A DNA stretch of 64,000 nt from Mobula hypostoma (GCF_963921235.1 NC_086118.1:16742001-16806000), one strand, 5' to 3'. Shown: positions 12,853-28,060, numbered from the stretch's first letter. The notes: a model not told the origin generated them from the sequence alone. Numbers and translations: made by a program.

Positions 12853-14846
12853 TGTTAATATACGAACTTGCTTTGGCACAAAAAAGTTACCTGTCTCAAC
12901 ATGCAAACTGTTACTCGCTTGTATTGCATCCTACCTAAAGGTGCACACCCCACAGCTGCCATTTGTTTCTCCATAAAAATTTTAATTCATGGTTGAACTG
13001 TCAAGTTCACTGGCATCAAAATATCCGAGTCACAATGTTCTGTGATGAGATTCCAGGGAAGCATATGATCACATAATCTAGGCTGTCCGTGCAGTGGTGA
13101 AGAAAAGTTGAACTGACAAGGAGAGATCAGCTTCATATGGTGTCAAACTGAAGTCCCATTTGAATGTGAAAGATTTCACTTGTTATCTGGTGAAGATAAA
13201 CAGAGAAATGCCCTAATGCTTTGACCAACAATTATCCATTAATTAATATATGCAAAGTGGATTTCAATACAATTTGATGGCTCTTTCTGCCTGTAGATTG
13301 GCTTAACAATAATTGGAGACCAACTTGATTGACTGTAAAGTTCTTTGAAATGCACCGAGGATACACAAGACATGAAAGGAAAACGCATTTGTTTTCTTTT
13401 CTCCTTTCTCACCTATCAGCTTTTTTGGGGACAAGCAAGTGAAGAAAAAAAACATTGATTCATACAAGAATCATTTAACCATAGAATCAAAGAGCAGAGA
13501 AACTAGCCCTCTTGGCCCACTTCATCCATGCTGAACATAATGTCTCCTGGGCCAATTCTATATTCAGCTTCGGAATAAAACACTAAATGCGGCGAATTTT
13601 CAGTAGGTTGGGCAGCATGTGTGGAGAGAGAAATATTTCAAATTAATGACCTATCATTGAGATCACCGATATGCTGAACATTTAACCGACTATTGTTTTA
13701 TTTCAGATTTTCAGCATCTGCTGTGTTTTATCACTTCAGTATTAAAGTTTGGAATTGGTACTGAAATTAAAGAACATATTCTATCACTCTGCCTCAACAT
13801 ATTGCCAAGTGCTTAAAACTGCTATGTAATAAATTCTGCTTGAATTATTTTGGAAAATTGAAATTATACATTCCATGGTTCTGTTAAGAAAAAATTAAAG
13901 TGCACGTTTGAGGAGCTGGAGCTTTTGAATAAGATGAAATGGCCTATATGATAAATTGCCAGTATCCCAGCTTTTACATTTAAATAGATCTGCCTGTCTG
14001 AATTAAATGAGTTCAACACATTAGGTAAACCTAAAAGGACTTGATAATAATTAACTTTTTTTCTAAGGTAATAATTTAAAACTACATAAAATACGCAGAC
14101 AATGCTGCATCAGTAAAATATTGCAGGTAGACAAACAGGGTTATTCTTTTAAGCCCATTTGCTGTCCTATGAAACCATAACTGATTTATGCATTAGATCC
14201 ATGATGTCTTGGGTACAACAAATCTGTTAAACTCTATCTACAGAATGACAACTAATGCTGCCTCTTGTTAAACAAAATGATTCAAGATCTTCATCAGCTT
14301 TTTCTCAGAATTATTTCTTTTAACTTCACCCCAGTAATTTCCCTCATTCTATTTTTACTGACTAGAGTAAATGATTTCTCTATATCCACTAAGATTCCTT
14401 CAGCATTTTCAACCTAATGAATCACAGGTTGGTCTCATTTCCTACTGCCATTCTGGTGAACCTGCTCTTGACCTTTGGTAACATGTGGTGCCATAAACTC
14501 TTTATTTAGCTGTAAAATGCTTTGTGATATTTGAAGTTGTGAGGGACACAACACAAGTTTATCTTTGTCTCCTTCAATTTGAATGCACAAATTTTCACTC
14601 AGCCAAACACAGCTTCTGTTGTATATGGATGACTATTTCCAACAAAAGAGAGACTAGCGACCTACCTTTGATATTTCATGGAATTACCGTCACCAAGTCT
14701 TCCTCCTTCAACATGTGGAGGGCTACATTCACTAGAAATTCAATTGGGCCAGCCCTAAGGACAATCAAAGTCTGACTATCCTGCAGAGACTTACACATTT
14801 CTCGATACTCATAAGCCTCTCCATCACGTAAAAGGCAGGACAGTGA

Positions 14847-14986
14847 TTCCAGTCCTGATGAAGGGCCTTGGCCCAAAACATTGACTCCTTATTCCTTTCC
14901 ATAAATGCTGCCTGAGTTTTTGAGCTCCTCCAGCTATTTGTGTGTGTTACTCAGGATTTCCAGCATCTGCAGAACCTCTTGTGTTT
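14847..14986 (+). mobile_element. 140-bp Penelope terminal-repeat insertion with decayed hammerhead motif
   Basis: agtc-CTGATGA-agggccttggccc-AAAA-cattgact at 14851-14886; 10-bp direct repeat aggacagtga at 14837-14846 and 14987-14996. Confidence 0.75.
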
Positions 14987-15306
14987 AGGACAGTGACCCC
15001 ACTAACCTAGACAAATCCAGTAGCAAATGCACACAAGGAGCTTGCATCCACCATCCAAATGTCCATTCCCTCCACCAAAAGTACACTGTTACTGCATTGT
15101 GTGGCATCAACAGCGTCGTTGCTCACCTCGACTAGTCCAGCAATACCTTCCCAACCCGTGATCTTTACCACCAATCACTAGGCAGATGGTTCCCATTCAA
15201 GCTGCACACCATACAGACTTGGAAACCTACTTCCATGCATTATAGAAATTTTGGACCTTCTTTCCCAATAATGCTGTGGGAGTACCTGTACTCGAAGGAC
15301 TGCAGC

Positions 15307-15684
15307 ATATAGAGGTGTATAAGATGATGAGAGGCATAGATCGTGTGGATAATCAGAGGCTTTTTCCCAGGGATGAAATGGCTAGCATGAGAGTGCACAG
15401 TTTGAAGGTGCTTGGAAGTAGGTATAGAGGAGATGTCAGGGGTAAGTTTTTTACGCAGTGAGTGATGAGTGTGTGGAATGGGCTGCCAGCGGAGCTGCAG
15501 GTGGATCCAATAGGGTCTTTTAAGAGACTCCTGGGCAGGTACATGGAGCTCAGAAAATTAGAGGGCTATGGGTAACCCTAAGTAATTTCTAACATAAGAA
15601 CATGTTCGGCACAGCTTTGTGGGCTGAAGGGCCTGTATTGTGCTGTAGGTTTTCTATGTTTTCGATGTTTTTATGTTTCTATGT
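15307..15684 (+). mobile_element. CR1 LINE 3' end
   Basis: IEVYKMMRGIDRVDNQRLFPR...RGKFFTQ and a (tttctatg)n-like tail. Confidence 0.85.
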
Positions 15685-17519
15685 TCAAGAGGGTGGAGGT
15701 ACTCCCAATCATGGCCATATACTTAAAAGTAGTTCGAGATGAGCAATAAGGGATTCCTAGATCCTGAAAATAAATACATAATAAGCACAAAAGCAGCTTT
15801 ACCTACTGACACTGCCCTAATTGCAATCAAAATATGCCAACTAAACCATCATCTCTAGAGTCTGGCTAAGTGAAGGGAAGACATACAATACATATCTCTT
15901 ATCATTGTTAACAAAGAAAAAACACTCTGAGGAGATACATGATGAATACCAGACTCTAATTTTACAGGAAACCTTGGGTGCTACTCTGTTATCTCCTGTG
16001 GATGACAGCATTGCACTATTTTCAGTGCCTGACACCAGAGTTATGGCCTGAGAACTTCTTTGGTGCCAGAAAGATTTGTGAATTGGTGGTGTGTACTGGG
16101 CCAAAGATTGCAATCTGTTGAGATCCACGCCCTACCCACCTGTAAAAATGGGTAATACCTGATGCTCAAGGTATCATGTTCTGTAGTGTGCCTTGTGCAC
16201 TCTCCATGGTAAAAGACTTTTCCGATGTGTACTTGAAACAATCCTCAGAGGGTACTGGACAGGTTATGGATCTGAGAATGGTAATCATGAGGAAAATGGT
16301 TGTCAGGTTGAAGAAATGAGGAGAGTCAGATTATTAACTGAAAAGGAAAGAAGCAAGACTTCAAGGACTGGGTCATCTTAGGTTGGGAAAGGGTCATAAT
16401 TAGTTTCTTGGGCTTTAATCAGTCAAGTGCAGATGGTGAGAATGGTGATTAGGTGAATCGAAGCAGTTCTGATCTGTTCGCAGTTTGGGAATGGTCTTTA
16501 ACTGAGCTGAAACTTCTTCACAGTGAATATTAACATTTCTAAAATTTAATAATTTATCTCTAAGGGAGAAGAAAATATTCAATAATCTGGTGTATCAAGT
16601 TCAAGTCATTCTGCCCATAGTCCCACTTTATATACTCAGCATTAAGCTGGATGTATTCACTCAAAGAACATCAATGGTGAATCGTCATGCACTAATTATA
16701 GCACTCATTAGTGCAATAGAAAATTGAATGGCATAGATCAAAGGGAATTGGTTTTCTAAAGAGCCATCAGAAGGGAGTATTGATGTATGCTGGTATCCAT
16801 ACTTGCGATGGAGATAGTGGACAATTTGGGGGGAGTCCATTAAATCCATCTGTAGTACAATGCTGGAAATGTAGAGGATAGTATAGTGTTCCAGAAACCT
16901 GGGGCAATAAAATGCATATTGGGAGCTTTGGGGATAGTAATGGCTTCCAAAGTGACATCCACAACTGCTTTATCAAATCCTTTCCCATCAAACGTAACAC
17001 AACCATGTTCCATAACTTTAATGAAAATATTCAGGATGTCATCATGCCAAAAGGGACCTCACAGATGTTACATGCAGAACAAAGGGCTGTGAAGAATAGT
17101 AGTCAATGCCTTTCTTTCCCAGAGCTTTCACAATTCTCTAGAAGTTAAATTCTTAAGACCCAGCTTTTGAATTCTTTGGAATCAGATGAGAAAGAGGAGT
17201 CCGAAGCTATTCTTTCACGTTTGTTAGGTGATTTTGGAAAGACTGTTACCTCACATTTCTTGATGAACCATTGGTCAATTCCAAGCACCCATCTCTAAAG
17301 TTCCATCATGAACAACATCAGTGAACAACACGTGAAGGTAAAAGATCAGGAGAAATGGTCACCTGTAATATATTCTGATCAATCAATGACTTGTAATTTT
17401 CATTGTAGGAAAGATTTTTACGATATTTTGAAATTAGAGAATTAACCAATTAACCAATTGTCCTAAAAATTTATATACTGTGGTAAGCTTTTGATAAAGA
17501 TTTGAGATACACCTGATGA

Positions 17520-20285
17520 ATAGATTTATTCGAGCTGCTGGGGAGGGTTAAATCTAACTTGGTAGGCGAGTGGGAACTGGAGTGATGAGACTCAGGATAG
17601 GAGGGATGGTAAAAAAAACTAAAGATAACGTGCAGTCAGATTGTCAGGAAGGACAGGGAGGTGATGGGACTTAGTTGAGTTCTTGTGGGTTAAGAAACTG
17701 CAAGGGTTAAAGGATGTTGATGGCAGTTATATACATGCCTCCCAACAGTGGCTGGGAGGTGGACCACAGATTAGATCAGGAAATAGAAAAGGCGAGTCAA
17801 AAAGGCAACGTTATGGTAATCATGGGAAATTTTAACATGCAGGTCGATTGGGAAAATCAGGTTGGTAATGGATCTCAGGAGAGTGAGTTTCTGAATGCCG
17901 AAAAGATAGCCTTTTAAGAGCAGTTTGATGTTGAACCTACTAGGGGATCAGCTATACTGGATTCGGTGTTATGTAATGAACTGGAGGTGATTAGGGAGCT
18001 TAAGGTAAAAGAACCCTTAGGAAACAGTGATCATAATATGATTGTGTTCAACTTGAAATATGAAAAGGAGAAAATAAAGTTTGATGTAGCAGTATTTCAG
18101 TGGAGTAAGGGAAATTACAGTGGTATGAGAGAGGAGCTGGCCAAAGTAAATTGGAAGGAGCTGTTGGCAGGGATGTCAGCAGAGCAGCAATGGGATGTGT
18201 TTCTGGGAAAAATGAGGAAAATGCAGGGCATGTGTATTCCAAAAATGAGGAAATACTCAAGTGGTAAAATAGTACAACTGTGGCTGACAAGGCAAGTCAA
18301 AACTATTGTAAAAGGAAGGGCATACAACAAAGCAAAAATTAGTGGGAAGATAGAGGGTTGGAAAGTTTTTAAAAACCTACAGAGAACAACTAAAAATCAT
18401 TAGAGGGGAAAATATGAAATATGAAAGCAAGCTAGCAAATAATATCAAAGTGGATAGTAAAAGTTTTTTCAGGTATGTTAAAAACAAAAAAGAGAAATGA
18501 GAGTGGATATAGGACCACTAGAAAATGAGACAGGGGAAATAATAATGGGGGACAAGGAAATGGCTGATGAACAAATGAGTATTGTGCGTCAGTCTTCACT
18601 GTGGAAGACACTAGCAGTATGCCTGATGTTGTAGTGTGTGAAGGAAGAGAAGTGGGTGCAGTTACTGTTACAAGAGAGAAGGTGCTCAAAAAGCTGAAAG
18701 ACCTAAAGGTACATAAGTCACCCAGACCAGAGGAACTGCACCCTAAGGTTCTGAAAGAGATAACGTTAGAGATTGTGGCAGCAATAAAAATGATCTTTCA
18801 AAAATCATTGGACTCTGGCATGGTGCCAGAGGACTGGAAAATTGCAAATGTCACTCCACTCTTTGAGAAAGGAGGAAGGCAGCAGAAAGGAAATTACAGA
18901 CCAGCTAGCCTGACCTCAATGGTTGGGAAGAGTCAATTTTTAAGGATGAGTTGAGTTGGTGACAGAGATAGGACTAAGTAAGCATGGTTTCCTTAATGGG
19001 AAATCCTGCCTGACCTGTTGGAATTCTTTGAAGAGATTAAAAGTAGGATAGATTAAGTGGATGTAGTGGATGTTGTATATTTGGACTTTCAGAAGGCCTT
19101 TGACAAGGTGCCTTTCATAAAGTGCCACACATGAGGCTGCTTACCAAGTTAAAAGCCCATGGTATTACAGGAAAGTTACTAACATGATTAGAGCATTGCT
19201 GTTTGGTAGGAGGCAGCGAGTGGGAATAAAAGGATTCTTTTCTGGTTGGCTGCCAGTGACTAGTGGCGTTCCACAGGGGTCGGTGTTGGGACCACTTCTT
19301 TTTATGCTGTATGTAAATGATTTAGATGATGGAATAGATGGTTTTGTTGCCAAGTTTGCAGATGATACAAAGATTGGTGGAGGGGCAGGTAGTGTTGAAG
19401 AAACAGGTAGGATGCAGAAGGACTTAGACAGATTAGGAGAATGGGCAAGAAACTAGCAAATAAAATACAATGTTGGAAAATGCATGGTCATGCACTTTGG
19501 TAATAGAAATAAATGTGCGGGCTACTTTCTAAATGGAGAGAAAATCCAGGAATCTGAGACGCTGAGGGACTTGGGAGTCCTTGTGCAGAACACCCTGAAG
19601 GTTAACTTGCAAGTTGAGTCTGTGGTGAGGAAGGCAAATGCAATGTTAGCATTCATTTCAAGAGGTCTAGAATACAAGAGCAAGGACGTGATGCTGAGGC
19701 TTTATAAGGCACTGGTGAGGCCTCACCTTGAGCAGCGTGAACATGTTTTGGCCCCTTATCTTAGTAAGGATGTGCTGGCATTGGAGAGGGTCCAGAGGAG
19801 GTTCACAAGGATGATTCCAGAAATGAAAGGGTTATCATACGAGGAACGTTTGGTGGCTCTGGGTCTGTACTCGCTGGAATTCAGAAGGGTGAGGGGGAAT
19901 TTCATTGAAACCTTTCGAATGTTTAAAGGCCTAGACAGAGTAGACGTGGAATGGATATTTCCCATGGTGGAAGAGTCTAGGACAGGAGGGCATGGCCTCA
20001 GGATAGAGGGGCACCCTTTCAAAACAAAGGTGTAGAGAAATTGCTTTAGCCAAAAGATGGCGAATTTGTGGAATTTGTTACCACATGCAGCTGTGAGGCC
20101 AGGTGTATTTAAGGCAGAGATAGATAGGTTTTTGATTCGACATGGTATTAAAGGTTACGGGGTTACGGGGAGATGGAGTTGAGGAGGAGATTTTAAAAAA
20201 AAGATCAGTAAAGATGAAATGACGGAGCAGACTCGATGGGCCAGATGGCCTAATTCTGCTCCTATGTGTTGTGCTCTTATGGTTA
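17520..20285 (+). mobile_element. CR1 LINE, near-complete ORF2 (APE + RT), disabled
   Basis: YMPPNS / MGNFN / GNSDHNMI (APE), PEDWKIANVTPLF..GNYRP, YLDFQKAFDKV, TSGVPQGSVLGPLLF, KFADDTK, LERVQRRFTRMIP; many stops and frameshifts. Confidence 0.95.
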
Positions 20286-21349
20286 CCTTGAGGCATGGAT
20301 TTTAACACTGGGGAAACCAGCTCATGACAATGGAAGATTCAACAGTTTGGAGGATAGAAGACAGCCAACTTTGGATATTCTACTTTGGTATCATTTGTGA
20401 ACTTTGTAATATTGCTCTCTATGCTAGAGTGCAGACAGATAATAAAACTTACAACGAACCACAAGTTTTCTTTTAACGTACATTTGAGACATCATAATTT
20501 ACAATTACAAAGAAAGTCATATCATTGAGCACTGGCTAGATCACTCATCTACCAGAATCTACAATCAAGATTGTGGTACACCATTACAATTTGCTTATAT
20601 AATTAGCCATCCCCCTGAGGAAGAATTGTACTCTTCTCTACCCAGTGTGTGCTTGGTGGAGCATTGCTTTTTTAATGGAATAGCTAAGTTTTTTCATCCA
20701 AACACCTCATGTCTTAGGCCTACAATTTTTCTGAGGACTGTCCAGCCTCCAAACATGAACAGTCAACATGCTCAACAGTCAGTATTAAACCAGCAAAACA
20801 ATTGTTTGGTTTTCTATGACAGTGCAAAACGTTGAAAAAATAATTACTGGCACACTCAGCTCAGGGTCAGTATCGCAGATATGAATGAGATGATAGGAAG
20901 AAGTTAACAACTCTCATTGGCTTTGCTCACACAAATTGTTTTGAAAACCAGAAGTTTTCAAAGTGGTGTTCATGAATCAACTCTATTGCAGCATGTCTGC
21001 AGGCACACTGATTTATATTTAAACATTTGGATTATGAAACTAAAATTAATAGACTTAGAGACAAATATGTATAAATTTCTGATTGTGTAAACTGTTTACT
21101 TAGTTTTCAGGGTACTATAGAATTAGTGATAATTTTTCAAGAATCTTAAGGGACACTGTACAATCTCACATCTATAGCAAAAATTACAATGGTTTCCCTT
21201 AAACATATTGCTGAATTAAAACAAACCATATAGAGCATGCATACTCCCAGGTAAATTTATGTTACAGGAGCGAAGCCAAGTTCAATATTTGCATTATAGT
21301 TCTGCTCTTTGGTAGGGCTTCTGGACATTTTACCCACATTTGTAGAGTC

Positions 21350-21520
21350 TAGGAACTGGGTTCATTCCTGACCTCCAGCAATCTTGGTGTGGAGTTTACA
21401 CATTCTTCATGCCATCACGTGAGTCTCCTTTGGGTGCTCCTGTGAATCCTGTCACATTCTAGGGATGTGTTGATTGGTAGGGTAATTGGCCTCTTTGTAC
21501 TGCCTTTACTGTGATTGGTG
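21350..21520 (+). mobile_element. V-SINE-like fragment
   Basis: ctgggttcattcctgacc...gtgtggagtttacacattct...gggtgctcc: B-box-like sequence plus V-domain remnant. Confidence 0.5.
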
Positions 21521-22069
21521 GGTGGAAGCAGAATAAAGGGAATTTATGCAGCAAGTGAGGGGGAAATCAGTTACATGGAAGTGAACACATGGGATTATTC
21601 TAAGAACTGCGAGAGGCTTGATAAACTGAAAGGCCTTCAATGTCATAAGAAAATGCATGAAATATGAGATAATTTTTGTGGAAGATTAGGTTGTATTCAA
21701 AGTATTATTGCTGATGTTTGATACCAGTACACCCTCCAGTCTCTGCATTACTTTTTAACATTAGGAACATCACGGGCAAGTAACCATAAATTAAGTTCAA
21801 AGTTCAAAGTAAAATTCATTATCAGAGTACATACATGTCACCACATGCAACCATTAATCATAATTTAAGGAAAGATGAAGACAGTAATAACGGGGAGTGG
21901 CGGATGGAAAAGGCTCATTGAGTCACATCTGGCTGGAAACTTTGGCCCATTATCCACTCCGACCATCATGCACCCATTACACTAATCCCATTTTATCCTC
22001 CACACATTCTCTTCAATCCCCCATAGATTCTCTCCCTAATCAACACCAGAAGGGCAATTTACAGTAGCT

Positions 22070-22480
22070 AATTAAAGATGTCTTGCTGCAATTATATAGG
22101 GCTCTGGCATTACTCTCCAACAATATCATATAGAGCCCTGTTTTCCCTATAAAAGGAAAAGCATGCAGATTTCTAACAGGACTTGGTGGAAGTTGCAGGG
22201 ATAATGATTCCCCTGGCTGGGATGCCTAGAGTCAAGGATCATAGTCTCACAATAAGGAGATAAAAAACTAGGACTGAGATGAGAAAAAAAATATTTACCC
22301 AGAGAGTGATGAATCTGGGGGATTCTCTATTCAAAGGGTAGTGTGGAGGCTCCATTGTTGAATATATTTTCAAGACAGAGATTGACGGATTTTTTGATAT
22401 TAAGGGAATCGAAAAATGCCAAGTGAGTGTGGGAGAGTTGCAGTTGGGTAAACAATTAACTGCTGAACAGCGGAGCAGGC
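22070..22480 (+). mobile_element. Old CR1 3' fragment
   Basis: gactgagatgagaaaaaaaatatttacccagagagtgatgaatctg...ttcaagacagagattgac, a CR1 C-terminal signature. Confidence 0.6.
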
Positions 22481-23037
22481 ACATGATGGCTTTCTTCTGC
22501 TTTAATTATTCATGTTCTTGCCGCCATGTCCATTGCACTGCATAGCCATTGAAGTACTTTTGAAATGTAGTGATTTGCTGCTGTAATGTAGAAATGCCAG
22601 ATGCAATGCAGTCAATTTTTTATAGTGAACACAAACAGCAACATAAAAAACAGGCAATTTGCTTTTCCATATGTAGTTGAGCTAAAGATAAAGATGAGCA
22701 GAGTTACCAGAGATAACATTCCTGCTCTTCTTTGAAATACTGTTATGTGAAGTTTCACATCCGCTCAAGAGAGCAATCAGAGCCTCAGTTAAACAACTCG
22801 TGACAGTGCAGCTCTCTCTCAGTGCTGACTTTGAAGCATCAGGCTCGACTTTAGGGCTCAAATTGCTGGAATGGGACAACACAAAAGCTGCTGCCAGAAC
22901 TCAGCGGGTCAGGCAGAATCTATGGAAACCGAGTGAGCAACGGCCTAGGATCAAATGAAGCCTAAACAACACAGGGTTTGGTTGGCAGGATTCAGGCACA
23001 AAAGCTAGCATAGTTAGAAGTATGACACTATTCAAAG

Positions 23038-23103
23038 CAGGAGTTACAAACCCCTTGCTTAATGGTATTGGTCTATAGTATCAAAAAAGGTTGGGAACTC
23101 CTG
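23038..23103. mobile_element. hAT/Charlie-type MITE copy
   Basis: caggagttacaaacc...ggttgggaactcctg TIRs; same core as 8579-8656. Confidence 0.65.
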
Positions 23104-23999
23104 GTTGGGAGTGTTTATTGATAGTTAGCATCAATTTAGGATGTCACACCCACCCGATAATCTTTTGGCTTGGAGCTGGAACTATAATTGGTTTAATATT
23201 GTCACATGTACTGAGATATAGTGAAAAGCAAAAGCTTATCTTGCATACTGTTCATACAGATCAATTTATTACACAGTGTATTGAGGTAGGACAAGGTTAA
23301 GAACAAACAATGTAGAAATGTAGGATAAAGTGCAGCTACAGATGGAGTGGGGAGCAGGTAAACAATAAGGTGCAAAATCACAACAGGGTAGAAGGAGATC
23401 AACAAGCCATCTTGTCATACTGGGGAACCATTTTGTAGTCTTATTATATTGCGCTAATCTAACATTTTTGACCAAAGTATCTGCCAATACTTTGCAGCCA
23501 AGACAGACTATTATATGACTTGCTACAACATGTAGAACTGGCCAATATTTCAGCTCAGCTTCACTTTCAAAAGCTTCATGTTCTATTGATGAAACAACAC
23601 ATTATCATCAATCAGTAATGACAGTAAAGCATGCATACTAAACCAGACAAACTTTGCAACTTTTTTCTTGGGATTTATATTCTTGTTTGCGGTTACAATG
23701 TGACATGCAATACTGAAGAATTAGGAAGAACTGATTCACGGGGTATAAATTATCAACATTCTGAAACAACATTCACAGAGTGTTTGGATTGTTCTTGTAA
23801 AACAGTACACTTCAGTGGAGGTACAACAAAACCACTTTAAAGATGGTGCGATAATAAATTGTGTGTAGCTCTGATGCGAATTGTCAGATATTCCTGTTTA
23901 GGATTACTACAGCTGATACCCACAGACACAGCCATGGATACTTTTGTAAGCAACATTATTTTCAGACATTTAAAAAAGATCTATTGATTCTCAAAATTG

Positions 24000-26900
24000 G
24001 TAGTCCCTGGATGGCAGCCTCGGGTCACAAGTGCAGTTCCCCTTTAAGAAAAGAGAAGTGTGTAAGCATGATTGGAACAAAGAGGTTTTAGACCCCCACT
24101 CCTGATTATTCTGCTGGTGAATGCACAATCTCTAAAGTAAAATTGAAGACTTCTGAACACCATACCCTTCTCTCAATTCCTTCGTCTCTGCCACACCTGC
24201 TCTCAGGATGAGGCTGTTCATTCCAGAATGAAGGAGATGTCCTCCTTTTTCAAAGAAAGAGGCTTCCTTTCCTCCACCATCAATGCTGCCCTCAACTGAT
24301 TCTCTTCCATTTCACTCATGTCTGTTCTTACTCCATCCTCCCACCAAACTACCAGGGATAGGGTTCTTCGTCCTCACCCACCATCCTCCGCGACCAGTAC
24401 ATAATTCTCCGGAACCTCCAACAACTAAGCACATCTTTCTTTTCTTCCCTCCCCCCCACCCCACTTTCTGCTTTCCGCAGGGATCGCTCCTTAAATGACT
24501 CCCTTGTCTACCCATCCCTCCCCACTGATCTCCCTCTGGACACTTATTCTTGCAAGTGCAACATGTACTACACCTGCCCCTACACCTCCTCCCTCACTAC
24601 CAATTCAAGGCCCTAAACAGTCCTTCCAGGTGAGGGGACACTTCACCTGTGAGTCTGTTGGGGTCATATACTGTGTCTGGTGATCCCGGTGTGGCCTCCT
24701 GTATATCAGTGAGACCTGACGTGGACTGGGAGATTCCTTCGCCAAGCACCTATGCTCCGTCCATCAGAAGAAGCAGGATCTCCCAGTGGCCAACCATTTT
24801 AATTCCACTTCACATTCCCATTCTGATATGTCCATCCATGGCCTCCTCTACTGTCGTGATGAGGCCACACTCAGGTTGGAGGAACAAAACTTAATATTCT
24901 ATTTGGGTAGCCTCCAACATGATGGCATGAACATCAATTTCGCAAACTTCTGGTAATGCCTCCCCTCCCCTCCTCCCCCACCGTTCACCATTCCCCATCC
25001 CCCTTTCCCTCTCTTGTCCCTTATCTTCTTGCCTGCCCATCACCTCCCTCTGGTGCTCCTGCCCACTTTTCTTTCTTCCATGTACTTCTGTCCTTTCCTA
25101 TTGGACTCTCCCTTCTCCAGCCCTGTGTCCCTTTCACCAATCAATTTCCCAGCTCTTTACTTCATCCCTACCCCTCCCAGTTTCACCTATCACCTTGTGT
25201 TTCCCTCTCCCTCCCTCGCCTTTTGAAACCACTCATCTTCTTTTTTCCAGTCCTGCCAAAGGGTCTCGGCCCATAATGTCAACTGTTTATTCATTTCCAT
25301 AAATGCTGCCTGGCCTGCTGAGTTCCTCCAGCATTTTGTCTGTGTTGCTTGGATTTCCAGCATCAGCCAATTCTCTCTCATTCGTGATTGAAGACTTCAG
25401 AGCAAGATTGCTGTTCCAGATGGACATCAGAGACCGCTGAGTATTTTGCTTTAAGAAAACATGGCTCATCGGCGCAATTTCAGATGGTAGCGCTGCAGCC
25501 TCATGTTTTCACCACTCTCCACAAAGACAGGACAGTTCAGTCTTTCAAAGGTACAGGAGGTGGAGTACTCTTTATGATTAATTCTTTATGGTGCACAGTT
25601 GTAGTGGTTCTGTCTCAGTCCTGCTGAACTGACCTGGAACATCTAGCAGTCAAATCTCATCTATTTATCTTCTGAGGGAGTTTTCTGCCATTATCCTGGC
25701 AGCAGTACACATTTCACCTCAGGTCAATGTTAGACAGGCTCTGGAGGAGCTGAGCATCATAATCAGCAGTCTCGAAACAACGCACCTGGATGCCTTCCCT
25801 ATCATTGCAGGTGACTTCAATCAGGCCAGCTTAACGAAGTCTCTGAACAACTACTACCATTATATTACCTGTGGGACCAGAGGAGCCAACAAACTTGATC
25901 ACTGTTATACCACAATCAAGAACACTTACTATGCCATCTCACATCCACACTCTGGAACGTCCAATCAGCTGACTATACCTCTACTCTTGGCAAATAGGTA
26001 GAAGTGAAATACCGAGGCACCAGTGGCGAGGACCAAGAAGGCATGGTCAATGGAGGTGTAGGAGTGCTTACAGGACTGCTTTGTGTTGGTGGACGGGACA
26101 ATATTCAGGGACTCATCTTCGAATCTGATTGAATACGTCACAGTTGTTACCAACTTCATCAAGACCTGTGTGGATGTCTTCAAAAACATACCAAACATAC
26201 CCAAACTAAAAACTGTGGATGAACCAGGAGATTTGTAGTCTGCTAAGGGTATTCAAGACTGGTGACTCAGATCTAGAAGTCTTGGTGATCAAAAAGACCA
26301 GGCACAACCTACCAAAGGCCATTTTAAGGGTGAACAAAAACAACTCTGATTTAAATTGGTAGCAGAATCAGGTGCATGTCAGCTCTGGCAAGATTTGAAG
26401 GCCATCACATCCTGTAAGTTAAATCCTAACATTTAGAACGGCTATGATGCTTCACTCCCAGATGTGCTGAACACCTTTATGCACACTTTAATCGAGAGAA
26501 TGAAACTACACCTGTGTGAATCCCTGAGAATGTGGTGAGCCTGTGATCTCTGTTTCAGAGGCCGATGTCGGAACACCTTTCAAGAGTATGAACTCTTGCA
26601 AAGCATCAGGCCCTGATGCTGTACCTGGTAGGATATTGAAGCTCTCTGCCAATCAACTGATGAGAGTGTTCAAGGACATCTTCAGTCTCTCACTGCTGTA
26701 CTCTGGGGTTCTCACCTGCTTCAAAAGGGTGACAGTCTCACCATTGCCCAAGAAAAGCAGGATGAGCTGCCTTAATGACAATCACTCATCACTCTCATCA
26801 ACTGTAACGAAATGCTTTGAGATGTTAATCATGGCCTGAATCAACTCCTGCCTAAGCAAGGACCTGGACCTGCTGCAATTTGCCTATCATCACAATAGGT

Positions 26901-28060
26901 CTACACAGTAAATGCTATCCCACTGGTTCTTCATTTGGCCTTGGATCACCTGGACAATAGCAAAACCTACTCGAGGCTGTCTTACTGATTACAGCTCAGT
27001 GTTCAACACAATCATCCCTCATTTCTAATCAACAAGCTCCAAAACCTGGGCCTCTGTACCTCCCTCTCCAACTGGATCCTCAACTTTGTCACCAGGAAAC
27101 AACAGTCTGTATAGATCAGAAATAATCTCTCTTCCTCGTTGATAATCAACACTGGTGCACCTCACGACTCTACTCTCTCAATATCCACAAATGTGTGGCC
27201 AGGCACAGCTCAAATGCTATCTATAAATTTGCTGATGACCCAACTATTGTTGGCAGAATTTCAGATGGTGATGAGAAGGTATACAGGAGCAAAATAGGTA
27301 AACTGGTTGAGTGGTGTCACAACACCAACCTTGCAGTCATCATCACTAAGATAAAGGATTTATTTGTGGACTTCAGGAAAGGTAAGTCAAGGGAACACAC
27401 ACCAGTCTTCATCAAGGGATCAGTAGTGGAAAGGATAAGCAATTTAAAGTTTCTGGATGTCAATATCTCTGAGAATCTATCCTGGGCTCAATATATTGAT
27501 GCAATTACAAGGAAGGCACGACAGTGGCAATATTTAATTAGGAGTTTGAGGAGACATGGTATGTCATCAGACACTCTTGCAAATTTCTAAAGGTGTACTG
27601 TAGAGAGCATTTGAACTGCTTGTATCACTGGTATGGAGGGGCCACTGCACAAAATTGGAAAAAGCTGCAGAAAATTGTAAACATAACCATCATGGGCATT
27701 AGCCTCCCAGCCACCTTCACAAGGTGATGCGTCAAGAGGGTGGCATCCATCATTAAGGACTCCCTTCAGCCAGGAAATGCCTCCTTCTCATTGCTACCAT
27801 CAAGGATGAGGTACAAAAGCCTGAAGGCACACATCCAACATTCCAGGGACAGCTCTTCCCCTCCATCTGAAAGGACAATGAACCCATGAGTACCTACCTC
27901 AATATTTTGTTTGTTCTCTTTGCACTAATTTAATTTTTTATGTACTGTGTATTTCTTATTGTAATTTATAGTTTTACAAATTATTGTGCATTACAATGTA
28001 CTGCTGTCTCAAAATAACAATTTTCAAAACATCTTCCAGTGACCTGATTCTGCTTCTGAC
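24000..28060 (+). mobile_element. Rex/Babar LINE, near full-length, disabled, interrupted by Penelope
   Basis: APE start (RPPLLIILLVNAQSL..KIEDF|RARLLFQ..IRD, GGGVLFMIN, IIAGDFNQA), KASGPDAVPGRILK, DYSSVFNTI, YKFADDPTIVG; 3' tail ctgattctgcttctga. The 5' boundary is approximate. Confidence 0.9.
24154..25386 (+). mobile_element. Penelope-like element 3' part (GIY-YIG endonuclease + terminal repeat)
   Basis: FTCESVGVIYCVW*SRCGLLYISET...PVANHFNS...RLEEQNLIFYLGSLQHDGMNINF; decayed hammerhead at ~25249-25284; 12-bp TSD attgaagacttc at 24142-24153 and 25387-25398. Confidence 0.9.
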